Below, piece by piece: positions 52,230 through 64,000 of a stretch of DNA of 64,000 bases. A program made the translations under genes and the position numbers. Source of the stretch: Octopus sinensis (lineage: Eukaryota); NCBI RefSeq assembly GCF_006345805.1, contig NC_043003.1, positions 100,440,001 through 100,504,000 of the forward strand, written 5' to 3'. Positions within the stretch are counted from its first letter, which is position 1, and each line of letters starts with the position of its first letter. The notes below the pieces were generated by a model. The model made no database searches. It was not told the DNA's origin and worked only from the letters and a program-made list of their open reading frames with translations.

Positions 52230-52860
52230 ACAGCAGATTAGTCTGCAGAATGTAGTTGGGACATCAAGACAATTTGGAAGCTTGCTATGCTATAAAGGTT
52301 TGTTAAACAGGCCAAAAACACTACAGAAACTTATGAAATGCTCCAGACTGGTCATGGATTAACTTGTATAAGCTGAGCGTCTGTTTCTTACTAGCAAAAG
52401 CGGCCAAACAAAGCAAGTCCACCAGGAGGATCAATATGAACCTTTTTTTGAGAATAAAGGTATCATCTACATCTACTGGGTTCCCTCTGGCCAAACGATC
52501 AGTAAAGACTACTTTGTAGCAGTTTTGAGGAAATTCAGGAAGTGATTTTGTCATGAAGGGCCAGAGCACCTGTACCAAAACAATGCATTGATAGACATTT
52601 CCATTCTGGTAACCAACTACTTGACAGAGATGGCCACTGAAACTATCTCTCACCCTTCCTACAGTCTAGACCTTGCTCCCTAAGCTGAAGAAAGTTATGA
52701 CAAAGGTCCTAGACACCTTCACTTTGGCAGACATCCATGGAGTCTTTACAAAGTGGATGGAGTGCATTGAAGTTAAAGGATTCTATTTTGAAGGAAATTA
52801 GAGTTTTGTACTTGTTTGAAATTGATGAATGTCTCTCCTGAAAAAGACTCAAAACTTCTG
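52230..52860 (+). mobile_element. Internally deleted mariner relic
   Basis: AKNTTETYEML N-terminus, GIIYIYWVPSGQTISKDY, HPSYSLDLAP and KWMECIEVKGFYFEG* remnants. Confidence 0.7.
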
Positions 52861-52905
<45 letters not shown>

Positions 52906-54699
52906 GCTTAATGTCAAACAAATGAAAAAAAAGTACTAAATACACATAGAGGATATGGTTTAAAAAAAATTTTTCATTTAAAGTGAGAGAGTTTATCTTG
53001 CAACTCAAGTCTCATGCCACTACAATCTTCATGTGAAACCTGAGGTTGCAATGGCATGAAACTTGAGTGATATGACAAACCTCAGCTTCGATTTTAATAG
53101 AAGACCGACCCTCACCAAACACTAATTTCATTTGAGTGTTAACCTTTCAGTTTAGCTAATTATGCTCATCCACTAGTACAGGCTATCCAACAGGTGAAAA
53201 TCTGGAGATTATATCAAACACCTGCCTGAAAATCAACAAATATCCACAGAGTTCCTATAATTATAACCATTCTCCTTGGTTGTAAATACACATAACACAC
53301 ACACATTTATCTATCTGTCTGTTTGTCTGTCTGCCTGTCTGTCTGTCTATCTAGCTATCTATTCAGCTGTGTGTGGGTGAACATCAGACCAAATGCTTTG
53401 TTCTGATTCTTTGTGTCTTGTGTTAAAGTTTCCATAGGTAGTAGACTTAACCTGTCTCCTGGTTTTAACACCAACAACTGGCACAGCTGTCTTTAGCAGA
53501 GTCTACTTTATTGCAAGCACTTGGTCCAAAACTTCAGTTTGAGAATATCTTCCTCCCATCAGCCTTGGAGCTCTGTAAGAGAACATGAACAATGCTTTCC
53601 TTCTTGAGTAAAGGATTTACAAAAAACTTATAACTAAAAAATTTCTTAGTTGCATTGATTTATAATATATAATTTCCTTGGCTGAAAGTAGTTCGCATTT
53701 ACATTGCATCTAGGTGGAACTCCCTCCCCCCATCAAACATCAGCATCACAAAAACTAATTTGATCCAATCTTTTTCCTTTCTGTCATGCAAATTTGTATC
53801 ATGAATGGTTTGTACATTTTGATGCAGATGACAAATTATATTCATAGAAAAAATATTTAACACACAGTCTATTGTTGATAAAATATGTAACAGTTTTCGA
53901 AGGTGGAAAAAAAGAAATAACCCATCAAAGACTAGTGTCTGATTCTAAAGAAGATTAATCATTAATATATTCATAACTATGAAGGAAACTGCAAGTAGAT
54001 TAAAAACACCAATGTTAGTATTATTTACAAAACACTTATCTTTACATAAAATTTATATAACATTCATATGAATTCTGTAATGCTGGATTTGTTTTATTCC
54101 ATTTAACAATGGTTTCTAGATTTTCATTCAAATTAATAATAAGTGGAAATGAAACAAAAAAACACTTTTGTTCTAAAAATATTTGAACATATATTTTGCT
54201 TTCTAAAATTTATGTAAAAAATATAAATACCCAATGCTGTTGCTATAGTATGACAATTAATTGCAATATAACTGACTTTACAATGACCAACCTTTATAAT
54301 ACTGATATTGTAAATATCACAACAATTCAGGGACTAGCTTACTGCTGCAATAGTACTCACAGTACAAAACTTCATGGTTGTAAAATAACTAACATCCTAA
54401 TAGGATCAACTCATTGCTAAGATAATATAAACAACATATGGTTTATGTTATTATATAACAGTTACAATATAATAGTCTACTGTTGTAAAATTAGGCATTA
54501 AGACAAGTTGCTGCTATATTATGACAGTTACTACAGTTATGTCATGATAAAGAAAAATTTTGATCATCCTAACAAGAAGCTAGGTACATTTGAAATCTAA
54601 ATAGATGGTGGGGAAAGGGGAAAATGTGCAGATTTTCCAAAGTAAAACAATAAACTGTAATGTTACATAGAGATAGGACATGAATATATATATAAATTT

Positions 54700-55090
54700 A
54701 TTTATATATGTATAAAAAACTGCTACTCAGTGTTTCATGCCCCTGTTTGTCAGGCAGTTGCGATCCTGAATGGAATAAGAATTAAGTTATACATATAATT
54801 TATATTATATTTTATATTGTGATGTAATTCACATTGACAGATACACATTTGAATTTGATTGGTCATGTCAACTAACGGGTTTTCAAAAGCATAGAAGCTG
54901 GGACAGTAAATGTAAATAATAAAATAAAAATAAGAAGAAAAATAAAAGGCATAAATATTGTGTTGTATAAAATCGAAGAAAACTTAGAATCAAAAAGAAA
55001 TTTCTAGGTTAAAAAGAAATCATACATGTTCAGAGTCAGTTAATTAGTGGTAAATGAATAATTAATAATAAATATAAGTCTGTTTTAAAT
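54700..55090 (-). mobile_element. Penelope-like LTR-type repeat with hammerhead relic (54719-54758)
   Basis: Inverted homologue of 57165-57490; ACTGC-CTGACAA-ACAGGGGCAT-GAAA-CACTGAGTA-GCAGT. Confidence 0.7.
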
Positions 55091-55348
55091 GGCAAATGTT
55101 GTATGTGTTAGATGTGTATTATGTATGTATTGTGTGTGTTAGATGTATATTATGTATACAAGTGTGAGTATTAACACATTTACGCACAGAGACATATTGT
55201 GTATATATGTTTATGTAGACATCTGTGTATACATTAGTATATATATACATATGTTTGCCTGTATAAGTTGTTATGTATGTATGAGCTTTTGTATGTGTTC
55301 ACACATATATGTATGTATATGTTTGGTTATAGTGTGTGCAAATATATA

Positions 55349-56629
55349 CGAGGGGCGTTCAATAAGTAATGCCCCTGACCCACTTGCAGTTGTTTGATCT
55401 AGCTGAAATTTTGTATGTGCAATTATTCATATCTCTATAGATTAAGTGGCAAATTACAGCTCTGAACTAATTGTGGTTTCTGATTTACAGGTGTTTGAAC
55501 TGAGTCAAGTGTGAAATGGAGCCTGTTGAGTGTCGAGCAGTGATCCGGTTTTTGTATTTGAAAGATCGCACACCACGGGAGACTTTTGATGAAATGAAAG
55601 TAACTTATGGTGATGATGCCCCATCATATGACCTTGTAAAACGATGGCATCGTGGATTCAAACATGGTTGGAACTCTGTGGAAACAGCTCCCTGATCTGG
55701 TCGCCCCCCCCTTCTGCCATTGATGAGGCATCTGTCCGTCAAGTTGAGGCTGCCATTTTGGAAGATCGACGCATAACTATTCGCCAAATAGCCCATGAGG
55801 TCAAGATTAGTACCGGGTCTGTGGAAACTATCATTCATGACCATTTGCATATGCAAAAGGTGTCTGCTAGATGGATTCCCATGTTGCTCACACCTTTCCA
55901 GAAGCAAGAACGCGTCGAGTGCTTGAGGATGAATTTGGAGATGTGCCAAGAAGATGAGTCAAAATTTTTCAAAAGACTGATTACACAGGATGAAACCTGG
56001 GTCCATCACTATGATCCATAGACCAAAGCCCAGTCAATGCAGTGGAATCACTGTGACTCACCTCCTCCAAAGAAGGCAAGGGTACAGCCCTCCGCTGGCA
56101 AGGTCATGCTCAGTCTTCTGGGACCAGGACGGAGTAGTGATGACAGATTTCCTGGCAAAGGGTACCACAATTACAGGAGCCTATTATGCTTCACTTTTGA
56201 AGAAATTAAGAGAAGTTATGAAAATCAAGAGGCGGGGCAAGATCAGCAAAGGCATCCTCCTCCTGCAGGACAACGCTCCGGTCCACAACTCGCGTGTCGC
56301 CAGATCAGAAGCACAGGCGTGCGGCTATGAACTCCTCCCATCCCCCTACTCTCCTGACCTTGCACCCTCTGATTTTCACCTCTTCCCAGCCATGAAGTTG
56401 TTTTTGAAAGGAAAGCGTTTCCCAGATGATGCAGCTTTGATTTCTGAAGTCATGTCGTGGTTGGAGGATCAAACTGGGGTCTTCTACAAAAACGGTCTCC
56501 AGAGCTGCATCAAACGATGGGAGAAATGCGTAACTCTGGGTGGTTCCTATGTAGAAAAAGACTAACAAGTTTCGTTGCTCTACTACTATGGGAAGTGGGT
56601 CAGGGGCATTACTTATTGAACACCCCTCG
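55349..56629 (+). mobile_element. Full-length 1281-bp mariner (DD34D); transposase inactivated by few lesions
   Basis: TA-flanked TIRs CGAGGGG(C/T)GTTCAATAAGTAATGCCCCTGACCCACTT (1 mismatch); ATG at 55516; DETW, LLQDNAPVH and SPYSPDLAPSDFHLF motifs; early TGA and frameshifts. Confidence 0.95.
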
Positions 56630-56749
56630 TATGATGCATGTATGCATACGTATGTGAAAAATGTGCCTATGTATTTATGTATAAAGATATCTGTAAGTGA
56701 ATATGTTTTTATGTGTGTATGTATGTTTACGTGTAAGTCTATGTGTGTA

Positions 56750-56798
<49 letters not shown>

Positions 56799-57164
56799 AT
56801 ATATGTACATATAAGTATGTATGCATATCTGTATGTGAATATGTGTTTGTAAATATATGTATAATTATGCATCAGTCTATTTGTATGTATGCCTATGTGT
56901 ATATATTCTTGAATTTGTATGCATCTGTGTAGGTACATGTATACTTATGTACAAGCAGGTGTTTATGTAGTTATGTGAATATATGCACATGTATTTCCTA
57001 TGTATGGGTATATAGTTTTTATATGTGTATCTTTTATATGTATGTGTGTGTATGAGTTGCTTATATAAAAATAAACCTTTACTGTTTTTAATCAATATCT
57101 ATGAGCTTTCCCAAATCAGAAGGTCAATTTTTTTAATTTAAAAAAAAATTGTTTTTAAAGTTTT

Positions 57165-57600
57165 TTTAAAGACAGACTGACATTTATTATTAATTACTTA
57201 TTACTATTAATTAATTTACTCAGAACACATATGATTTCTTTTTAACTAAGAAATTTCTTTTTGGTTCAAGGTTTTCTTCAATTTTATACGTATATTTACA
57301 TCTTTTGCTTTTATTATTTACATTTACTGCCCTAGCTACTATGCTTTTGAAAAACCATTAGTTGAAATGACCAATCAAATTCAAATGTATATCTGTCAAT
57401 ATAATATAAATTATACTCATAACCTAATTCTTATTCTATTCAGGATCACATCTGTCCGATGAACAGGAACGTGAAACTCTGAGTAGCAGGTTTTTTGTGA
57501 TATTTTTGTGATGTTTTTGTAGTTTTAATAATAATAAAGCATATTATTCTACCTCCGGTATACGAGTACTATTTTTTCCCACATCATCACACATTTATGT
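57165..57600 (+). mobile_element. Penelope-like LTR-type repeat, second copy
   Basis: Homologous (inverted) to 54700-55090 over ~330 bp; ends TATTATTCTACCTCCGGTATACGAGTACTATT before a (TA)(CA) tract. Confidence 0.7.
57452..57489 (+). ncRNA. Minimal type-I hammerhead ribozyme motif (one core substitution)
   Basis: CTGT-CCGATGA-AC(AGGAAC)GT-GAAA-CTC-T-GAG-TA-GCAG: stem I, palindromic ACTC(T)GAGT stem III, GUA triplet. U4 of CUGAUGA is C. Confidence 0.65.
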
Positions 57601-57615
57601 GCTTACTCTTGTGTG

Positions 57616-57653
<38 letters not shown>

Positions 57654-58826
57654 TAAGTATGCTAACATGTATATTTCTGTTTTAAGAGAAAATAGAGGTG
57701 AATACTTTCAACCAGCTTTAGAACAAAATTATTTTCTGTATAATCTACTAACAAATATATTTTTAAGTAAATATGGAGAGGCATGTACAATAGGAATTTT
57801 ATAGAAGCTCATGAGAAATGACACATGAAAAAATATTTATTATCAAAAATATGAACAAATCTCTAAATACATAAATTCTTCATTTTATAGCAATAAGATG
57901 GCCATATTAGTGTCTATAGCTTATAAATTTAACAAAGACCAATAGGCTAAATATTTTAGCAAAACAAGTGCTACGGATAATTGGCTCTGTAACGCAGAAA
58001 TTTAAACCAAGATTTTGTCATGTGTTTTCATTTTTACAGATAAATAAAAACATACTTATTGCAATAAATATTCAATATTTTGATAATGAAGTTTTGAATA
58101 TTATGACGTCTTCAACTAAATTTTTGTGGCAATAAAATAAGATTTTATCAATATTCAATAATTTAATTTTCTTTGTTTTAAATTCAGTTCTAATTTGGAA
58201 ATTTTAAAAATATACAGTATTAACTCTAAAAATTAGCTTCTCTTCTTCTTTATTTGACATTTAAAAAAAATGAAATGAAATGAAAAAGAGAATCAGAAAA
58301 AATAGCTGGAAATGATGTTGAGCAAACAGCTTCGAAATACTTAAAAGGAAGTTTCAGTGTACAATACTGATTTCCACAAGGCACTGAAAATATTTATGTA
58401 ATATTTTCCATATATATATAAAACGTTGGACTAGTTGATAACAGCCTGACATTCTCGATGTGGTGGCACCAACAGATTTTTAACGGAAGTACGAAGGCTT
58501 GGTGAAGATCTGAAATAAAAAATATAATATTTGTAACAACAGTATATGTAATAGTAAAATTAAGAAGTAAAAAAAGCATATATTTTATCCCATTTCTGAT
58601 CATCTGTATATTATGTGTTAAATGTCCCCTTTAATCTTTCTGTAGAATATCAATGGAAAGTGAAGCTAGTAGAGGTTAGTCTTCACAAAATAAAATTTAT
58701 AGGAGAATATGAACCTAGTATTGAAGCAAGTAAAATAGTTTGAAAGTCATTTTTAACAGCTTACAGCTTTTAGAAGTAGCTTAATTTCATTTCATGGTAT
58801 CTATATGTAACTAGATGAATATAGTA

Positions 58827-60121
58827 TTAAGTCATCAAGTATGAAATTTGCAGAAAAGAAAAAAGCTTGCTAATGCTTTATAAATACAAGAAATAGTTTT
58901 ATTCATCAAAGTATGCACACTTTGTCAATACACTTTTGCCATTTCAGCGGTAGCTTGTCCAGCCTGGCAGTCTAGAGTCAATAAAATTTTGGAAGACCTA
59001 TTTTACAACATCGTCAGAATTAAATTTTTTTCCTATCAAAAAGTTATCCAAATTCTGGAAGAAGTGGTAGTCAGTGGGGGCAAGATCAGGAGAGCATTTT
59101 CGAAGCTGTTTGCTCAACATCATTTCCAGCTATTTTTTCTGATTCTCTTTTTCATGGTGGATGATGGAGAACTTCCAACTCCAAATCCTGTAATTTCACC
59201 AATGTCATTTTTGCGATGTGTAGTCTGGCATTGTCTTGAAATAAATTAGGAGTAGGATCTGTTGACTAATCTAGGCTGTTTTTTGTAAGTTTCATTTAGT
59301 CCAGTTGGCTGTAGTATACTTTGGCTATGATTGATGAGCCAGTTTAATGAAATCATAATGGATCACACCTGCGTCAGATCACCAAACATACACCATCAGC
59401 TTCTTTTGATGAATTTTGCGTTCTGGACTGTGTTTTGGTGGTTCATCTTTGTCCAACTATTGTGCTGAACATTTATGGTTGTTGTATTGGATCCATTTCT
59501 CATCACATGATACAATTCGATTCAAAAATGATTCCTTTTTGTGGCAAGAAAGTAGCATAATGCAGGCTTCCAAACGTTGCTGTTTCTGATTTTCATTGAG
59601 TTCATGTGGAACCCACTTATCCAACTTTTTCACTTTACCAATTTGAACTAGGTGAGTCAATATTGTTTGCTTGCTAACACCAAACAACAATGATAATTCA
59701 CGGGTACTTTGAGATGGATCTCACTCGATGGTGGCTTTCAGATTGTCATCATCCACCTTTGTTTCTGATTGACCGCATTGCTCATTTGTGAGGTCAAAGT
59801 TACCAGAACAAAATTTTGCAAACCAATTTGATACTGTCTGCTGTGTATTAGAATGAAATACTCCATTAATATTTTGAGTTGTCTGTGATGCTGTATTTCC
59901 AAGAAAAAACTCATATTTCAAAACTGTATGAATTTCCGACTTATTCATCTCTAAACAAAAGTAGCAAAAAACAATTTACAAATACTTTATAAAGTACAAA
60001 ATGAGTTAGAATAAAGAAATAGATGTGTCAGCTAGCTTTCTAGCAAAAAATAAAGATTGTCCAAATATAATGATGGCACAAAATGAGCAGCTGTCTACAA
60101 ATTTCATACTAGATGACCTAA
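58827..60121 (-). mobile_element. Full-span 1295-bp mariner, decayed, with internal templated insertion
   Basis: TA-flanked TIRs TTA(A/G)GTCATC(A/T)AGTATGAAATTTG(C/T)AG; WVPHEL, CDEKW and HPP.SPDLAPTDYHFF motifs. Confidence 0.93.
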
Positions 60122-60680
60122 TAATTGAGAATTAAACATCCTAGTCTAGTAACAGGGTACCTTAAACATTCGATTTCATTAAAATTGAATGAAAAAATAG
60201 ATGGTAGTAAAAAGAAAAAAATTTTGAATAAATGTCACTTTGGAAAATAATGAAAAGAAAGAAACAAACACTAATATATATTATACATTAGCATATCCTA
60301 TTAAATACAATTGGATATAATTTTGAGTAGGAGGTTCAGATTAAAGTGTAATCTATAAATAAGGGTTTCTTGGGTAGCTTTGTTAGAACAGTACAAAATT
60401 GTGTTTATATTGTCAGTGAGTAGGATGAAAGCCTTATATGCGTAGTTTTAAACACTAGACAACATGAGACCAAATTAATGTATTTTGTCCATTTTGAATC
60501 TTAGTTAATTCAAATGAATTCTTTTGGTAATCTCAGAGTTTTGGGATTACAAGTTACATTACTTTATGTACATTTCCATCTCACAACATTACTTATCTAC
60601 ATTCATTCTCATTGTTGGACCCCCCCCCCCACCATAAATATCTTGTAGTTAACATGCCAAAACCATAACTGTGGAACTTG

Positions 60681-61576
60681 TCAACAGATGATAAAAGAAA
60701 AATTGTGTTCATTCTTGTGTTTTACAATACCCATTTCATTTGGTTTATTCTCTGCACTAAATTTTTCTGTTTTGATTGTAACAGAACACTGATTTCTTTG
60801 ACTAACATTGTTTATGGTCTCTCTGACTACCATTCATCATTTTCTCTTTCTTTATCCATTCTTCTGTCACACTCACTGTCTTTCTCTCTCCTATTGCCTC
60901 TCCTTCTCTGCCTGGTATTTCTTCTGTCCCAGTATTCCATCTTCATTTCCATAATTCTCCAGCCTACACTCTGTTCCTTTTCAAACTCAGCCATACTTAA
61001 TTCTAATTCTTTATTGTTACCTTCTTCACTTCTCTTCATTGAAAAGTTAATGTTCAGAATCAATTATTTCTTTTCACTCAGCCTCCCCTGCTGGTTTGTT
61101 CTGTTCTGTTTTAACAAAAAGACTTTAACTGGTTGTTTAGTATCCTTATTATTTTGTCCCTTGTCTTGTTTGACGCAGCTGAAAAATTTATTTTCTCTTT
61201 GTCCTTTTTGATTTGTAGGATGTTATTTTTTTTCATATTTTCTCTTATATTCACAAATATCTGTTGCCATGTCCTGTGATACTGTAAACACAATGTCTCA
61301 GTTCATTGTTATTGTCCTATCTTCACTAAACCATTCCACAGTAAAAAGTTTCTGCAAATTTATTGACATACTGAAGCTAACAGTACTGTTGTTAATGTGC
61401 TAAAACTGCAGGACTTCAGTCAACAGCTGATGACTGGATATCTTTGTTTTTGTTTGCATTTTCTCTATGCTTAATTCCTGTCTTCAGAGTTTACATTTCT
61501 GTAAAATTTCTTTACTTTCAATGGCAACTATTGAGCAAATACTGTTCCAGATTTTTAAGAGATACTCTATTTTTAC
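60681..61576 (-). pseudogene. Decayed reading frame of unknown origin (K/E/Q/N-rich)
   Basis: One frame from 61576 to 60827 has 5 internal stops in ~250 codons; a second frame takes over near 60960. No recognisable domain. Confidence 0.35.
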
Positions 61577-61780
61577 TTATAATGTACAATAATAAATGTC
61601 CAGTTAATTTTAGCAATAATTTTGCATAAGGGTAGTATACATTTTAATTAAGTATTCTGCATAATTTTAAAGTTTACATAGTTATTGAAAAAAGAGCTAG
61701 CATTAAGTATTAGAAGAAATACTGTAAAGCATTTTACCAATGCAACAATAAAAATTAAAATAATAATAATGATAATAATG

Positions 61781-61825
<45 letters not shown>

Positions 61826-61828
<3 letters not shown>

Positions 61829-62382
61829 GCCCTGATGCAGTACCAGGCAGTGGCTCTCATGGCTTCTGATCTTAACTGATTGGAAGTGTTATCATGTACA
61901 TTGTTTTGTCTTGGTATAAAAGATGGGCTACAGCAAATATTCTGCTCAATACCACAGATTTGCTTGTCAGTTGTTTGACCTTAACCAGTTGAGCATGTCC
62001 CTTAGTGGCTGACGATATGTGCATCTCTGATCACGAGCAGATGTAGTGGGGGAGCATCATAGCCATGTGTTGAGAGGGATTCTTTGGGGTTTGGATGATT
62101 CACCTCTGGAAACATGGGTGGTTCTTTCAACATCCTTAAACAACCCTTATGCAGGGACCTTTTGAGCGGGATGGGCTACTCAACCTGAAGAAAATTCTAA
62201 CTGGGCCCCACCTGCAAGGTCATGTGCTGTTTATCCTGATATGAGATCACCATGTCGCGCACATATGGTTGTGATGCATGTGCCTGGTGTACCCTTATCA
62301 GACAGGTAGTCATGATGGGTATATTGGGCTTCGTATATTTTACCCCAGTGTCACTTTGATGGCATGAACTGCTCTCTCACTC
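61826..62382 (+). mobile_element. ~557-bp non-coding element embedded in (TAA)n, copy 1
   Basis: Flanked by (TAA)n on both sides; near-identical to 63305-63787; no ORF. Confidence 0.85.
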
Positions 62383-62427
<45 letters not shown>

Positions 62428-62428
<1 letters not shown>

Positions 62429-62596
62429 GTGGGCAGTGAGGAAAGTAACTGTTATCCCAATAGTTGTAGGGGCAATTGAAGCACTAACAACCAAGTTTGA
62501 AAAATATGTTGGAGAAATTGGAATTGACATGAAGGCAGAGCAGGCCCAAAAAAACTACTCTATTGGGGAGAGTTAAGATTTTGAAACTGGAGATTG
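62428..62596 (+). mobile_element. Short 3' RLE fragment of an R4/Dong-like element
   Basis: WAVRKVTVIPIVVGAI...AQKTTLLG; starts in (TAA)n. Confidence 0.7.
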
Positions 62597-62780
62597 GGTG
62601 TTGAGAATCTTCCATGATAGTTAACATCTAAGTACCAAGTCTTATAATTTGTGGACAGAGACACAGTGAGACCTCTGACAAAAGGTCACTGTCCACTCTC
62701 ACAGAATCAACCAAAGCAAGTAAGACCAAGAGCTTTGAGAAGTAAAATACAACAACAACAACAACAATAATAATAATAAT

Positions 62781-63250
62781 AACATGCCTCCTCATTGATA
62801 TGACTGTCCCAATCGATATAAACGTATCTGTCAAGACCTACCAAAAACTGAGCAAATATAAAGATCTTGAAATAGAAATCAGCAAAATGTGGAACCTGAA
62901 GACTCTAAACAATACCTGTTGTCATAGGTGCCCTGGGAATGATAGCAAAAGGGGCTGATTGCAACCTAACTCAGATACCAGGAAACCCAAAAATGGCAGA
63001 AAAAAAAAAGATAGTGCTCATGGGAACTGCTCATATCCTACGCAAAATACTTTCTATGTAATCTCAAGTTTTAAAACATACATAATTTTTGTTTTTTTTT
63101 TAGACATTCACTAGTACAACACTAAATACAAAACCAAATATATGGCACACTAGACATAACAACATCACGAACTTCCAACCTGTTGTCTCTTGAGGTCTCT
63201 GGGTGAGACTTGGAGCCAACTTGTACAAATGTAAAGCAAAAGTCAAACAT

Positions 63251-63252
<2 letters not shown>
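62781..63252 (+). mobile_element. 5'-truncated R4/Dong-like 3' end between (TAA)n tracts
   Basis: CLLIDMTVP.D.NVSVKTYQKLSKYKDLEIEISKMW...PVVIGALG...LMGTAHILRKILSM*, then 3' UTR and (TAA)n. Confidence 0.88.
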
Positions 63253-63290
<38 letters not shown>

Positions 63291-63304
63291 TAATAATAAT
63301 AATA

Positions 63305-63787
63305 AAGTATAAAAGATGGTATAAAAGATGGGCTACAACAAATATTCTGCTCAATACCACAGATTTGCTTGTCAGTTGTTTGACCTTAACCAGTTGAGCA
63401 TGTCCCTTAGTGGCTGACGATATGTGCATCTCTGATCACGAGCAGAAGTAGTGGGGAAGCATCATAGCCATGTGTTGAGAGGGATTCTTTGGGGTTTGAA
63501 TAGTTCACCTCTGGAAACATGGGTGGTTCTTTCAACATCCTTAAACAACCCTTATTCAGGGACCGTTTGAGCGGGATGGGCTACTCAACCTGAAGAAAAT
63601 TCTAACTGGGCCCCACCTGCAAGGTCATGTGCTGTTTATCTTGATATGAGATCACCATGTCGCGCACATATGGTTGTGATGCATGTGCCTGGTGTACCTT
63701 TATCAGACGGGTAGTCATGATGGGTATATTGGGCTTCGTATATTTTACCCCAGTGTCACTTTGATGGCATGAACTGCTCTCTCACTC
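63305..63787 (+). mobile_element. Copy 2 (left-truncated) of the (TAA)n-embedded element
   Basis: Same right end (...GAACTGCTCTCTCACTC-(AAT)n); lacks ~85 bp at the left and has a small junction duplication (GTATAAAAGATG x2). Confidence 0.85.
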
Positions 63788-64000
63788 AATAATAATAATA
63801 ATAATCCACTTTAGTATTATTATTATTATTAGTGTTGTGGTGAGAGTCATGACACCCCCGCGTAAACAGACTTGGCCAAATGACTATAAATAATAGTGGT
63901 CCGAGTGAGAGAGAGAGAGTAGGCATTAATCACAGAAAGTCATAAGGTCTCATTTTGATAGTTTGTCAGAATATCATTTGTTGGTTCATGTATAGTTCGT

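Noticed and set aside
57441-57488. Apparent plus-strand exon (ttctattcag|GATCACATCTG...AGCAG|gt) encoding SHLSDEQERETLSS
   Set aside because: It lies in a repeat with an inverted paralogue at 54719-54790 and is better explained as the hammerhead motif.
60678-61211. 177-aa hydrophobic plus-strand ORF resembling a membrane protein
   Set aside because: It is the antisense shadow of a purine-rich minus strand; the Leu/Phe/Ser bias comes from CT richness.

Overview
Eukaryotic, AT-rich, repeat-dense genomic DNA. The SINE, MITE and LINE families suggest an octopod cephalopod (inferred from recognition, not a database hit). Two protein-coding genes are supported, head-to-head across 342 bp. SNRPA1 (U2 snRNP A') is on the minus strand, with coding exons 1-3 at 13940-13859, 13018-12978 and 3249-3143; later exons lie left of the window. 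An intronless 888-aa SYCP1 (synaptonemal complex transverse filament) is on the plus strand at 14283-16949. Nearly everything else is decayed transposons: RTE and RTE-X LINEs, R4/Dong-like and HERO-like restriction-like-endonuclease (RLE) retrotransposons, three Ty3/Gypsy pieces (one with both LTRs and a target-site duplication, TSD), four mariners, a maT (DD37D) element, a Merlin fragment, MITEs and tRNA-derived SINEs. Main leads: (1) SYCP1 looks like an intact retrogene using a housekeeping promoter; (2) its C-terminus ends in an acidic F-G-F motif resembling cohesin-binding motifs; (3) four minimal hammerhead-ribozyme motifs from three repeat families, one behind a tRNA-type Pol III head; (4) a 58-bp templated inverted insertion, a local 260-bp duplication and a twin-priming-like LINE inversion. 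All calls are by eye; TE boundaries are approximate unless TIRs or TSDs are quoted.
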